Shown piece after piece: positions 1 through 9,736 of a stretch of 64,000 nucleotides of DNA. The translations under genes were made by a program, and so were the position numbers. The notes beneath the pieces were generated by a model, which saw only the letters and a list, made by a program, of their open reading frames with translations, ran no database searches and had not been told where the DNA came from. This DNA is from an uncultured Acidobacteriota bacterium. Lineage in GTDB: Bacteria; Acidobacteriota; UBA6911. The DNA lies in the NCBI GenBank assembly GCA_963827655.1, contig CAWHCF010000022.1, forward strand, positions 192,001 through 256,000. Direction: 5' to 3'. How positions within the stretch are numbered: position 1 is the stretch's first letter; each line of letters opens with the position of its first letter.

Positions 1-967
1 CTGTGAAACTGAATCCCAGAAACTTTCGCTTCCACGGCGCCGCCACTGCGCTCTTCTCCCCGTTTACCTTCAGCTTCAGCTTCTTCGTGATGAATGCGCT
101 TAGGCTCTCCATCACTCGCTGCCCTGCTCGTTCGGTCCGCACATAGATGTTGCAGTCGTCCGCGTACCTCACAAAGCGGTGCCCGCGTCGCTCCAGCTCC
201 CGGTCCAGGTCGTCCAGCATCAAATTTGATAACAGTGGCGAAAGTGGGCCCCCTTGCGGCGTCCCCTCCTCCGTCGGAATCACCACGCCGTCCTCCATTA
301 CTACTCCCGCCTTCAGAAATCCGCGCAGCAGTTTCAGCACTCGCTTGTCCTTCTCCCGTTTCGCTACTCGCCCCATCAACATGTCCTGGTTGACTCGGTC
401 GAAAAACTTTTCCAAATCAAGATCCACGACTATCCGATAGCCCGCCGCTATGTGTTCCTGCGCTCGTGCCACCGCCTGATGTTGCGATCGACCCGGTCGA
501 AATCCATGGCTGTGCTCGGAGAATGTCGGGTCCCACCGCTGTTGCAGTACCTGCAGTACTGCCTGCTGATAAATCGATCCAGCACGCAGGGAATCGATAG
601 ATTCCTCACCCCTCCGTCCGGTTTCGGTATCTCCACCCGTTTCGCCGGCTTCGGTCTGTAGGTCCCTCCCAGCAGTTCTTCCCGATGTTTCGGCCAGTTC
701 TTCCTCAGGTACTTGGGTAGTTCCTTGACGGTCATCCCGTCTATCCCAGGTGCCCTTTGTTCCGCTGTACTCGTTTCAACGCCTTCCTCAGGTTCTCTGG
801 TTCACATATCTCCTCCATCAACCGCTCGACTGTTCCTTCGCTTTCCGGTTCCTGGTCCGCCACGCGCAGTTCGGCCCTTCCGTCGTCCTCGGAGCTTCAC
901 TCCTCGGTTCTTCCGTAAAGGCCAGCTCTAGCTGGTTCTTCTGCCGCTTCCTACTCGTGAGTCCCAT
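1..967 (-). CDS. ltrA: Group II intron reverse transcriptase/maturase (partial, frameshifted)
   Basis: Reading across frames gives MGLTSRKRQKNQLELAF...PGIDGMTV...RVEIPKPDGGVRNLSIP...GFRPGRS...DLEKFFDRV...GTPQGGPLSPLLSN...RYADDCNI. At least 3 frame changes. Confidence 0.9.
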
Positions 968-1457
968 CCCGTACTTGCGTCCCCATTTACCCTCCTGTCC
1001 AGAAGGGCACCGTTCAGGCCTTCACCAAAACGTTCCCGGACCGGCGACCCCTTCTCGTTTCTCCCCTTTCGGGTGAGTATCCCGGTCGAGTGGTCCGACT
1101 GCTCCTGGCTACTATGCCCTCTGCTGACTCCTGCATTGAGCTCAGGGGCTCTCTCGATTCCCTCAGTCCTCTTCCGGACACAATGCAGATCTCCCGAGGT
1201 AAGTATGACCGCCTTCCGCACACAACCGCCGGATCTACGCTGAGTGAACTTGATGGATATGGACTTCGCGGTCAAGGGGCCGCTCGTCCGTCGCCTCGCG
1301 CCTCTTATCCGGTTTTTGTTCATCGGCTCGTGCGTTTGCTCGACGCTTCCTTCAGACCCCACCTCACGGTGGGCGCCCTTGCGCTTTGCTACCCTTCACC
1401 TCCATCAGGTTGGGGAAAGACTTTCACTTCCAAGCTGTCATACAATGCTCGGCGCAC
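1..1457 (-). mobile_element. Group II intron, class C (IIC), 5' portion; the 3' end (domains V/VI) lies beyond the window start
   Basis: Minus strand starts GTGCGCC at 1457. About 490 nt of intron-like noncoding sequence precede an RT ORF. The insertion point is about 8 nt downstream of a perfect stem-loop (1466-1488), typical of IIC introns. Confidence 0.9.
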
Positions 1458-1462
1458 CCCCT

Positions 1463-1670
1463 GTGGCGACGGGCCATTGGCCCGTCGCAATTAACGTGAT
1501 CGCTATGCCTTAAGCTTAGAAGTTCAGTAGTGCCCCTCGGGAACCGGACGGGCTTGATAGCCCGTCCGCACATGAACCGGGCGAGTTTTGCGACGGTCTC
1601 TGATGACCCGCGCCACAGACCAATTTTTTCATAGTTTCTGACGGGCCTTCGGCCCTAGGCGACAACACAG
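1463..1670. repeat. Cluster of REP-like palindromes
   Basis: GCGACGGGCCA-T-TGGCCCGTCGC (1466-1488, preceded by GTG). CGGACGGGCT-TGAT-AGCCCGTCCG (~1545-1568). A degenerate inverted copy of the first, TTGCGACGGTC...GACCCGCGCCACAG (~1588-1618). GGGCCTTCGGCCC (~1643). Confidence 0.6.
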
Positions 1671-1723
1671 CTGACTCCTACCGCTCCTGCCCAATAAGTC
1701 AGCGTATTTATGAGCCAACCAAC

Positions 1724-2554
1724 TTAGTGACCGAGGTGCGTGTGAAGCCAGTCTACCATCTTCTGTTTATAAGCCTGGAATTCAGGGGTCCGCTCCCAGC
1801 TGCCGACTCCATGAGCGCCCCCTTCAACCGTGAAGATCTCGCAGCGCGCGCCGGCTTGCTTCATCTTTTCGCACATCAGTACCGATTGGTCGTATGGAAC
1901 CAGATCATCCTTCGTTCCGTGGATCAGAAGGTATGGAGGCATGTCTTTGAAAACGTGGGTAATCGGCGAGGCCTTCCGCAGCAGCTCAAAAGACTCATCA
2001 TTGAGTTCCGACAAGCCGAGGAATGCCTTGATCGAGTCCGAAAGAATCCGCTGTGAGCGCGCGCGTGATGCCAGATCGTGGGGACCGTAAAAAGAAACGA
2101 CGGCAGCAACGCGCGCATTCGGTTTTTTCCGTGTGCCTGCAAACGACACCAGGTGGCCGCCCGCCGACTCGCCGACAAGCGCTATGCGATTGGGGTCCGC
2201 CTTGTATTGTCTCGCGTGGGTCTTGACATACTCAACCGCACTCTCGACATCTTCCACCGCGGCCGGGAAGCGGTATGCCGGCGCCAGCCGGTAGTTGATC
2301 GTGAACCAGGCGAACCCGCCTCGGGTCAGCGGTTCAAACAGCGGCTTCACGAAAGTCTGTTTATCGCCACGGGTGAAGCCCCCGCCGTGAACCACGATCA
2401 CGGTCGGAAAAGGCCCCGCGCCGTCCGGCACATAGGCGTCAAGCGTGAGCCGGACATCACCCTTGCTGGCGAATTCAATATCGGTGCGGAGTTCAGCAAA
2501 AGCCGGCACTGAAAGGAGCAAAATGGAAACAAGGATCTTCATGGCACTCTCCAT
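1724..2554 (-). CDS. Secreted alpha/beta hydrolase (HSL-like esterase/lipase)
   Basis: HGGG oxyanion motif, GESAG nucleophile, HGTKDDLV and GGAHG; N-terminal signal peptide. Confidence 0.9.
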   Translation of the reverse strand: MESAMKILVSILLLSVPAFAELRTDIEFASKGDVRLTLDAYVPDGAGPFPTVIVVHGGGFTRGDKQTFVKPLFEPLTRGGFAWFTINYRLAPAYRFPAAVEDVESAVEYVKTHARQYKADPNRIALVGESAGGHLVSFAGTRKKPNARVAAVVSFYGPHDLASRARSQRILSDSIKAFLGLSELNDESFELLRKASPITHVFKDMPPYLLIHGTKDDLVPYDQSVLMCEKMKQAGARCEIFTVEGGAHGVGSWERTPEFQAYKQKMVDWLHTHLGH

Positions 2555-2573
2555 CTCATCCTAAGTGCTATTA

Positions 2574-2653
2574 GTGTTTCTTCGTGTCCTCGTGTCTTTG
2601 TGGTTAGAGCTGCCTAACAAATACCACTAAGCCTCCAAGACACGAAGAAACAC
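2574..2653. repeat. Intergenic inverted repeat with ~9-nt sub-repeats
   Basis: 15-bp perfect IR GTGTTTCTTCGTGTC ... GACACGAAGAAACAC with internal CTTCGTGTC-like units. Related half-motifs occur near 4880, 9700, 11100, 47810, 50450-50520, 63170 and 63600. Confidence 0.6.
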
Positions 2654-2696
2654 CAAGAATCTTTGCTCAAGAAGAAGACAGCCCGACGAGTGACAC

Positions 2697-3113
2697 TTAG
2701 TCTTCAATCCACAAGAGATGACCCGCCAGAGTACTGCGCTTGAGGGAATTAAAGAATCTCCGATCAGCAGTCACCATAGGGCAACGCCGTGAGACCGCCA
2801 AGGCAAGATAGAGACTGTCATACAGACTGCGGCGGTGTTCAACGGAAATATCCAAGGCAATCTCGAGCATCGGCCCGGAGGGATAGAGCTTCACGGGTGA
2901 GACAATGAGATTTCGGATAATCTCTTTAGCCGAGGTCGGTGGAATTTCTGCGCGCATCACTTTCTTCCACAATGCGTTTCCGGCTTCCGTGAGAATCAGG
3001 TCTGGAGCGATCAGTTCGTCATTTCCGTTCAAAAACCGAATGGCCGCTTCGCTGTAGATCTCCGGCACAAACCATTTGACGACAATACTGGCATCGACAA
3101 CGTAACATGTCAT
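2697..3113 (-). CDS. vapC: PIN-domain toxin (VapC/FitB family)
   Basis: YVVDASIVVKW...APDLILTEAGNALW...SLYDSLYLALA...MVTADRRF; its start overlaps the stop of the upstream antitoxin. Confidence 0.9.
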   Translation of the reverse strand: MTCYVVDASIVVKWFVPEIYSEAAIRFLNGNDELIAPDLILTEAGNALWKKVMRAEIPPTSAKEIIRNLIVSPVKLYPSGPMLEIALDISVEHRRSLYDSLYLALAVSRRCPMVTADRRFFNSLKRSTLAGHLLWIED

Positions 3114-3343
3114 CGCGCCCGATCTTCACGAATTAGAGCGGCGCTATCGCTGTGCCTCCGGCGCGCCAGTTTTCTTTGCACTTTCAGCGCCAGCTTGCGA
3201 AATTCCTCGACACTCGGCGTTTGGACATTTCGTTCCAGGATTGTTTTTACTTCAGCCTGCAGAGATCGTCCATTCTGCTCGGCGCGCTCTTTCAGGCGTT
3301 CAACTAGTTTGCGATCCAGGTCTCTGACTAATATCTCAGGCAT
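3110..3343 (-). CDS. FitA-like ribbon-helix-helix antitoxin
   Basis: MPEILVRDLD...LKERAEQNGRSLQAEVKTILE...DSAALIREDR; upstream of the PIN toxin. Confidence 0.88.
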   Translation of the reverse strand: MPEILVRDLDRKLVERLKERAEQNGRSLQAEVKTILERNVQTPSVEEFRKLALKVQRKLARRRHSDSAALIREDRAR

Positions 3344-3362
3344 TAGCGCACTCCGGTAATTC

Positions 3363-3381
3363 TGATAGCATTATGATAGCA
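3363..3381. promoter_or_regulatory. Putative TA autoregulatory operator, TGATAGCA-TTA-TGATAGCA
   Basis: Direct repeat 20 nt upstream of the antitoxin start. TGCTATCA/TGATAGCA is the half-site described for Neisseria FitAB. Confidence 0.55.
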
Positions 3382-3387
3382 CGCATG

Positions 3388-4878
3388 TCAATTACCCAGC
3401 CAGGCCAGGATCCTGGGCCACTGCTGGTACAGGGCAATGCCGGAGATGCCGCCGTAAAAAATCGAGCACAACACCAGGCCGGCAAGCATCACGCGGGGGG
3501 GCCGCAATTCGCGCGGGAGAAGCGTCAGACTCACATACAGGACGTGCAACGCCGAAAATGACAGGGCAAAATTCACCAGGACCGCGGAGGCGATCGCGAG
3601 CACGAGCGGGTTGGGAGTCAACTTCAGCAAGACCATACCCCAGAGGCCGTAGACGGCCAGCAGCAAGTAGTAAACGTATTTCACCTTGTTTCCCGGGAGA
3701 TGCCGCAGCCCCTGAATCCCGGTCCAGAACACATCGGTCCAGCGCCGGCTGATGCTGTCTAACACGGAAATCTGGCTAGGGAAGAAAATAACAAAGCCGC
3801 AGAGCAGCGTCAGGAACCAGAAAGCGCTTCCATGGCGGACAGACACAGCCTCGGCAGTCATGGCCGCGACGGCATTCCCTTCCACGTCCTGAACCCCGCG
3901 GATGAACTCGTAGGAGAGCATTGCTGGAAGCGCCATGCCAACGACACAAGCCGGAGCCCAGAGAAGAAGCTGATCGCGAAGGATATGCCGCAACCAGCCT
4001 CTCCATTTGATCATATTTTCGCGGGTGATCTCGAAAACCTTGCCTGAGTGCGAAAGCCTGACCGACTTCCCGCCAAGCGCGCTCGGAATCGCGCCCACCA
4101 GGGATCCCATGCCCCAGCCCTTGTCGCGCGCGTAGTTCGAAAATGACGTGTTATGCAAGCCCCCGGCGCCCGCGGTGGCGGCAAAGGCTGCCAGCGTGGC
4201 CCAGCTGAAATCGCCGGGCGGCAGCGCCCCGAATCGATACAGGCCCGAAAGAATCTCCCACTTGGTATCCCAGCTCACCAGGAACACGGAAACAAAGCCG
4301 AGGTAGGTCAAGACCAGCACCAGCTTGGCGCCCATTACCCGTTCAAGGGAGTTGTAGATCTTGCCCCCGAAGATAAGCGGCACGAACGCCGCCAGGAAGA
4401 TCGCATAGCTCAGGTCACGAACCAGAGCGCCATCCTGAGCCGTGGGGAGCCGCCGCAGAATGACGGCCGCCAGGGGGACTGCCGCATTTGCGGCCAGGAA
4501 AGGGAAATAGGTTCCCAGATCGAGGATGAGATAGAAAATGGCCCAGGCTCGCGGCCTGGATGATGTGCGAAAAAATCCCACAAAAATCGACTCGCCGCTG
4601 TACAGCGCATAGCGCATGACCGAGAGGTTGTAGGTCACCTGCAGCAGGATCGCGACCGTTGCCAGCCAGAGAACCTGGCCGCCATACTGGGCCGTAACCA
4701 GCGGACCCAGCAACCACTCCCCGCCGCCGATGTTTGATCCCGCCATGAGCAATCCCGGCCCCAGGAGCAGCCTCCAGTCGGCCGCATGAAAAACAGGGGC
4801 AGCAGGTAGTTCTGACTGCTCCCAGCGCGGAAGGCCGGGAGCGCGCGGGGGCGCATCCACAATGCTGATCATGATCAA
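3388..4878 (-). CDS. Nramp/APC-superfamily-like membrane transporter
   Basis: GPGLLMAGSNIGGGEWLLGP motif and about 11 hydrophobic segments. Confidence 0.75.
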   Translation of the reverse strand: MIMISIVDAPPRAPGLPRWEQSELPAAPVFHAADWRLLLGPGLLMAGSNIGGGEWLLGPLVTAQYGGQVLWLATVAILLQVTYNLSVMRYALYSGESIFVGFFRTSSRPRAWAIFYLILDLGTYFPFLAANAAVPLAAVILRRLPTAQDGALVRDLSYAIFLAAFVPLIFGGKIYNSLERVMGAKLVLVLTYLGFVSVFLVSWDTKWEILSGLYRFGALPPGDFSWATLAAFAATAGAGGLHNTSFSNYARDKGWGMGSLVGAIPSALGGKSVRLSHSGKVFEITRENMIKWRGWLRHILRDQLLLWAPACVVGMALPAMLSYEFIRGVQDVEGNAVAAMTAEAVSVRHGSAFWFLTLLCGFVIFFPSQISVLDSISRRWTDVFWTGIQGLRHLPGNKVKYVYYLLLAVYGLWGMVLLKLTPNPLVLAIASAVLVNFALSFSALHVLYVSLTLLPRELRPPRVMLAGLVLCSIFYGGISGIALYQQWPRILAWLGN

Positions 4879-4930
4879 ACACCAAGACGCGAAGAAACGC
4901 CGAGAATTTTTCCGGAGAAGGACGCCAAGA

Positions 4931-7234
4931 TCACTTCAGGTGCTTCTCCAGGAACCGGAAGGTTCCCTGGCCGTTGATGGTATGGCCGCCATTGAAGAAC
5001 TCGATTTCGGTGCGATCGCCCAGGCCGAACTGGTCGTACAGCCGGCGGACCTTGGCGTACTCCGATGCCACCCATTCATCCGGCGCAACGGTGTCGGCAT
5101 GACCACGCTCGACCATGAATGGCCGCGGAACCAGCAGGTAGACCATGTCCGCGTAGTTGAATGTGCTCCCCAGATCGAAGTAGGGCATCTCCCATTCGAC
5201 TGTGAACATGAAGCTGTAACGGCTCTGCGTGGAAACGACCTTGCGCGCCCAGTCGTTGAAATCGGCGGAGCAGATCGAAAGGCAGTAACGTTCCAGCAGC
5301 GGTGGAACACGCACGGCCGTCTCACCACCGTAGCTCAGCCCGTAGAAGGCGATGCGCTTGGGATCGACCTGAGGCAACGTTTCCAGCCAATTCAGAATCT
5401 GCTCATGCTGCGCCAGAATGAAAGAGAAGAGCGACGCTTTGACCGCATTGGCTTTCCGGCTTAGAAAACGATAGCGATCTTCACCACGATAAGGATTATG
5501 CGGGGCGAACGTGATGAATCCGCGTTCCGCCAGCCTGGCGGCGAAGTCGTGGTAGGCGCGGTGGTCGCCTTCAATAGTATCCTTGGGGACAGCGCCCCGG
5601 CCGTGCTGGCACACGATCACGGGCCGCTTCTCACCGGGTTTAAGGTCCTTCGGCACCAGCAGGACTCCCCAGGCAAACACATCCGGGAAGACGTCCAGCA
5701 CGACTTCGTAACCGGTCCACTTCGGGTTGTCGTAGATCTTGCGCGATCGCGGATTGAGCGCCAGCAGCGGATCTTCCAGCCTGCCCAGGACCTCGTCCCA
5801 GAAGTATTTCCGGTGCTTGCGGGTTTGTTCCAGGAACCGGTCGAGCGAGGGTGTCTTGGGATCGACGTCCCATTGGAGGAACCGGTCGCGCGCGCGATCG
5901 GAATCGCGCAGCAGTAACTGAACGTGGTTCTCAAGCTCCTTGACCTGCCGCTTCTGGCGTGCCGCCGGATCGAGTTTTTTGCGCCGCTCGACCGGCAGCC
6001 GGTCGGAGATCGGTATCTGGGAGCGACTCCCCAGCATTTGCGCCAGCTTCCCAGCCGCCTCCGGCGACCCTGGTCCTGCCGGCCCGCCGCCAGCATCTCC
6101 CACGAGATAGGCTTTCTTCTGGAAGCCCGGCTGGATCAGAGCAGACATCCGGTTGAACTCGGCCTGCACGTTCGCGAATGGAGGAGTGACGATTCGACCC
6201 TCGGCGCCTCCTCCACGCCGCCCCGGGCGCGCGGGAGGAGGACCGCTTATCTTCGGCGCCGCGCTCCACTCGACTACCAGCCCGCGCGGGGCAATGAGGC
6301 TCGCTATTTCAGCGCTGCCGAATTCTCGCAACAACCCGAAGACGTTGCGATAAATCGGCTCCTCCCAGATTCGCTCCTGCGGATCGAAATAGCCGCTCAC
6401 CAGACACGCCTCGATTCGCGGGTCGGTCGCCGCCGCATAGAATGCGATCAGCCCACCCTCACCATAGCCGGCCACCGCGATTTTCGCGTCGTTGCCGGCG
6501 CGCTGCTTGAACCAGTCCACGACGGAATGCACCTTCTGCACTTCGTATCCGATGATGTGCCGTCCCATGTTATATGCCTGGCGATAGATCCACTCGCGGT
6601 GCGGCTGGTTGGTCCAGGCAACGTCCGGACTACCCGACCACTCATCGGAGCGATCGATCAGCACGGGAACCACGACCTGGAAACCATTCTCCGCGAACCG
6701 GCGCGCGAACTGGGATTGACTCTCGACCCCGGGGGCCAGACCAGCGATTTGCTCCGGCGTCTGATCGGCGTCCGGGAGCGCAACCAGGCAGCCGACCGGC
6801 GGGTCCTTGGGTTCCAGTAACAAACCTTCACCTGTCACTCCCTCCAGCACGCGCCACCGCACCTGATAGATGCGATAGCGATCCGTTTCGGAAACCAGTG
6901 CCGGATTGTCGTCGTCGCCAAATCGCTCCATCACGACCGCAACCCGCGGATCGGCGAGCCCGATGCTCTTGGCAAAGCGCTGGCGATTGGGCCGGATCGA
7001 TTCGTCATAGGCCTCAGCCGAGGCGAAATCGCGGTTCCAGTAGTTGGCGCGTTTTGCGGACGATCCCGCGATCTTTTGCTCGATGAAACGGTGAAGGCCG
7101 TCCATCATTTTCGTCGAGAGATCACCGTCCCACGTCAGGGGCTGCGTGTTGGGGAGGGTAACAACCTGGAGGGCTGGAACATCGCTGATTATGAACAGCA
7201 GGGCAGCGAACGCAAGAACGTGTTTCAAATTCAT
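4931..7234 (-). CDS. Secreted tandem alpha/beta hydrolase (dienelactone hydrolase/acetyl xylan esterase-like)
   Basis: Signal peptide and two hydrolase repeats. The first has GYGEGG (no Ser); the second has HGRG, GLSYGG and a C-terminal GGH. Confidence 0.8.
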   Translation of the reverse strand: MNLKHVLAFAALLFIISDVPALQVVTLPNTQPLTWDGDLSTKMMDGLHRFIEQKIAGSSAKRANYWNRDFASAEAYDESIRPNRQRFAKSIGLADPRVAVVMERFGDDDNPALVSETDRYRIYQVRWRVLEGVTGEGLLLEPKDPPVGCLVALPDADQTPEQIAGLAPGVESQSQFARRFAENGFQVVVPVLIDRSDEWSGSPDVAWTNQPHREWIYRQAYNMGRHIIGYEVQKVHSVVDWFKQRAGNDAKIAVAGYGEGGLIAFYAAATDPRIEACLVSGYFDPQERIWEEPIYRNVFGLLREFGSAEIASLIAPRGLVVEWSAAPKISGPPPARPGRRGGGAEGRIVTPPFANVQAEFNRMSALIQPGFQKKAYLVGDAGGGPAGPGSPEAAGKLAQMLGSRSQIPISDRLPVERRKKLDPAARQKRQVKELENHVQLLLRDSDRARDRFLQWDVDPKTPSLDRFLEQTRKHRKYFWDEVLGRLEDPLLALNPRSRKIYDNPKWTGYEVVLDVFPDVFAWGVLLVPKDLKPGEKRPVIVCQHGRGAVPKDTIEGDHRAYHDFAARLAERGFITFAPHNPYRGEDRYRFLSRKANAVKASLFSFILAQHEQILNWLETLPQVDPKRIAFYGLSYGGETAVRVPPLLERYCLSICSADFNDWARKVVSTQSRYSFMFTVEWEMPYFDLGSTFNYADMVYLLVPRPFMVERGHADTVAPDEWVASEYAKVRRLYDQFGLGDRTEIEFFNGGHTINGQGTFRFLEKHLK

Positions 7235-7399
7235 TTCCTGTCGACTCCTTTACCGATGACATCGAGTCCCGGTGGCAAGTGCGCTGATCACATACGCCCC
7301 CGAACGCGAAGTTCCGCTGTTGACAGCCGTGACCCGGCGCATCTAGAGTGAACACCGTCGACAAAATCCAAGAGCTGTCCAATAAAAACAGGAACAAAC

Positions 7400-8914
7400 A
7401 TGTTCAAGAACATCACTCGATTTCTCGCCCTCGGACTCACGGCGCTCGTTTGCTGGTACAACGGTGAGGCCGCGCAAACGCCTGCCACAACGGGCGCGAG
7501 GCCCAACATCCTTTTCGTCTTTACCGACGACCATGCCTACCAGTCGATCGGGGCTTACGGCTCCAGGATCAACAAGACGCCGAACATGGACCGGCTGGCA
7601 CGGGAGGGAATGCTGTTTCGCAATGCATTTGTCACCAACTCGATCTGCGCGCCCAGCCGGGCAGTGATTCTCACGGGAAAGTACAGCCACCTCAACGGCG
7701 TGCTTGACAACGTACTAACGTTTGATGGATCGCAACAAACCTACTCCAAGCTGCTTCAGAAAGCCGGCTACCAGACCGCCCTGATCGGCAAGTGGCATCT
7801 GAAGAGCGATCCGACCGGCTTTGATTACTGGCAAATCCTGATCGGGCAAGGCCCTTATTATAATCCGCCCATGATCGAGAACGGGACTAAGGTCACGCAC
7901 ACGGGCTACACAACCGACATTATCACCGATATTGCGCTCGATTGGCTGAAGAACCGGCGTGATCAGAAGAAGCCGTTCATGTTGATGTACCAGCACAAGG
8001 CGCCGCACCGCGACTGGCAGCCCGGCCCGAAATATCTGACCAGGTATGACAACATGACGATTCCTGAACCGGATACTCTTTTCGATGACTACTCCGGCCG
8101 CGGCTCGCCGGCCAAGACTCAGGAAATGAGCATCGAGAAGTCTCTTAACGAAACGGATCTCAAGCTGGTGCCCCCGAAGGACCTCACTCCGGAGCAGCGC
8201 GGGCCCTGGGACGCCGCTTATAATCCCGCCAACGCGGCCTTCCGCAAGGCCAACCTATCAGGCAAAGAGCTGGTGCGGTGGAAGTACCAGCGCTATATCA
8301 AGGACTACCTTCGCTGTATCGATTCCGTGGATGAGAACCTCGGCCGGGTCCTGCAGTACCTGGACGAGACTGGCCTGGCGAAAAACACGGTCGTGATTTA
8401 TTCGTCCGACCAGGGATTCTATCTGGGCGAGCATGGGTGGTTCGACAAGCGCTGGATGTACGAGGAATCGCTGCGCACGCCGCTCCTGGTCCGCTGGCCA
8501 GGCGTGGTCCAACCGGGAAGCGTCAATCACGATATGGTGCTCAACCTCGACTATCCGGAGACGTTCCTCGACATTGCCGGGGTTGGAGTGCCGGCCGACA
8601 TGCAGGGGCGCAGTCTCAAACCATTGCTCATGAACAAGACGCCGAAGGATTGGCGCCGGAGTATTTACTACCACTATTATGAGTATCCCGGCCCTCACAG
8701 CGTGCGGCGACACTACGGCGTGCGCACCGATCGTCACAAGCTGATCCACTTCTACCAGCTCAACGAGTGGGAGCTGTACGATCTTAACAAGGACCCGAAG
8801 GAGCTCCGGAGCGTGTACGGCGATCCAGCCTATGCCAAGATCCGCGATGAACTGGCCGCCGAGCTCAAGCGCTTGCGGACGTTGTACAAGGTGCCGGAGG
8901 ACACGCGCCCGTGA
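7400..8914 (+). CDS. Secreted formylglycine-dependent sulfatase (N-acetylglucosamine-6-sulfatase-like)
   Basis: [34 protein letters not shown]; signal peptide. Confidence 0.93.
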   Translation: MFKNITRFLALGLTALVCWYNGEAAQTPATTGARPNILFVFTDDHAYQSIGAYGSRINKTPNMDRLAREGMLFRNAFVTNSICAPSRAVILTGKYSHLNGVLDNVLTFDGSQQTYSKLLQKAGYQTALIGKWHLKSDPTGFDYWQILIGQGPYYNPPMIENGTKVTHTGYTTDIITDIALDWLKNRRDQKKPFMLMYQHKAPHRDWQPGPKYLTRYDNMTIPEPDTLFDDYSGRGSPAKTQEMSIEKSLNETDLKLVPPKDLTPEQRGPWDAAYNPANAAFRKANLSGKELVRWKYQRYIKDYLRCIDSVDENLGRVLQYLDETGLAKNTVVIYSSDQGFYLGEHGWFDKRWMYEESLRTPLLVRWPGVVQPGSVNHDMVLNLDYPETFLDIAGVGVPADMQGRSLKPLLMNKTPKDWRRSIYYHYYEYPGPHSVRRHYGVRTDRHKLIHFYQLNEWELYDLNKDPKELRSVYGDPAYAKIRDELAAELKRLRTLYKVPEDTRP

Positions 8915-8958
8915 GATGATGCGAAAGAATTGGGTCTGTGGCGCGGGTTATCGTCAAG

Positions 8959-9070
8959 AAATGACATGAGATGAAATTGATGACAAATGGGAAACCGGCT
9001 GGCTGGCACCGGGATCCTTGAGACTACCCACATTGGTCATTTGTCATTGGTCATTTTTCATTTGTCATTT
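8959..9070. repeat. Heptamer inverted-repeat element, (CAAATGA)n-spacer-(TCATTTG)n; second copy inverted at 48687-48796
   Basis: Tandem 7-mers on both arms around a ~43-nt spacer that is conserved in the second copy; lies between convergent genes. Confidence 0.85.
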
Positions 9071-9105
9071 AAGCACACTCCAAGGCGCCGCCTTGGACTG
9101 CGGCC

Positions 9106-9675
9106 TTATCGCTGCGCGGCCGCATGGCTCTTTTCCCCCCAGAGTAGAAATCTGAGGAGCATATTGTCCTTGGTCCGAATCAAGCCCAGGGCGGATGAAG
9201 GAGGAGTCAAATTGTAGTCGCTGAAACTCACCTGGGAATTGCCATCAAGTTCCAGCCGGTCGTCGCCGATCGACGTGATGGCTACATCCGCCGCCACCGG
9301 TTTACTGATGTCCTTGATCGTGAGTGTGCCGCTGATGTCGAATCGGCTTGACGCCTTCCGCGCGACCCGGTTCGAGGCAAAGGTCAACCGGGGAGGCTGA
9401 TCGGCCGCGAGAATAAGATTCAAAACCTCTGCGAGAACCTGCTTGCGCTCGGCCGGCTTCAACCATTCATCGCGGCACACAGCGCTTCGCGCTTCGATCA
9501 CGAGTCGAATGGAAGATTCTTCCGGCTTGTCGCGGTTGTAAAGAGCTTCGCCTTCGTATTGCTCGAAAAACAAGACGTGCTTCTTGCCTGTCCTGAGACC
9601 ACTCTTGAAAATCTCGAGCGCGACTACGCTCTCATTCGAGGGACCGATCTGATAGGGTGCTGCGTTGCTGGTCAT
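9106..9675 (-). CDS. YceI-like protein
   Basis: ISGTLTIKDISKPV...FSDYNLTPPSSALGLIRTKDNM pattern. Confidence 0.75.
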   Translation of the reverse strand: MTSNAAPYQIGPSNESVVALEIFKSGLRTGKKHVLFFEQYEGEALYNRDKPEESSIRLVIEARSAVCRDEWLKPAERKQVLAEVLNLILAADQPPRLTFASNRVARKASSRFDISGTLTIKDISKPVAADVAITSIGDDRLELDGNSQVSFSDYNLTPPSSALGLIRTKDNMLLRFLLWGEKSHAAAQR

Positions 9676-9736
9676 AGTTTTTTGAGAATACCATGGATCC
9701 TTCTTCGAGTCTTCGTGGTTAGTGCGGTTTCGAGAG

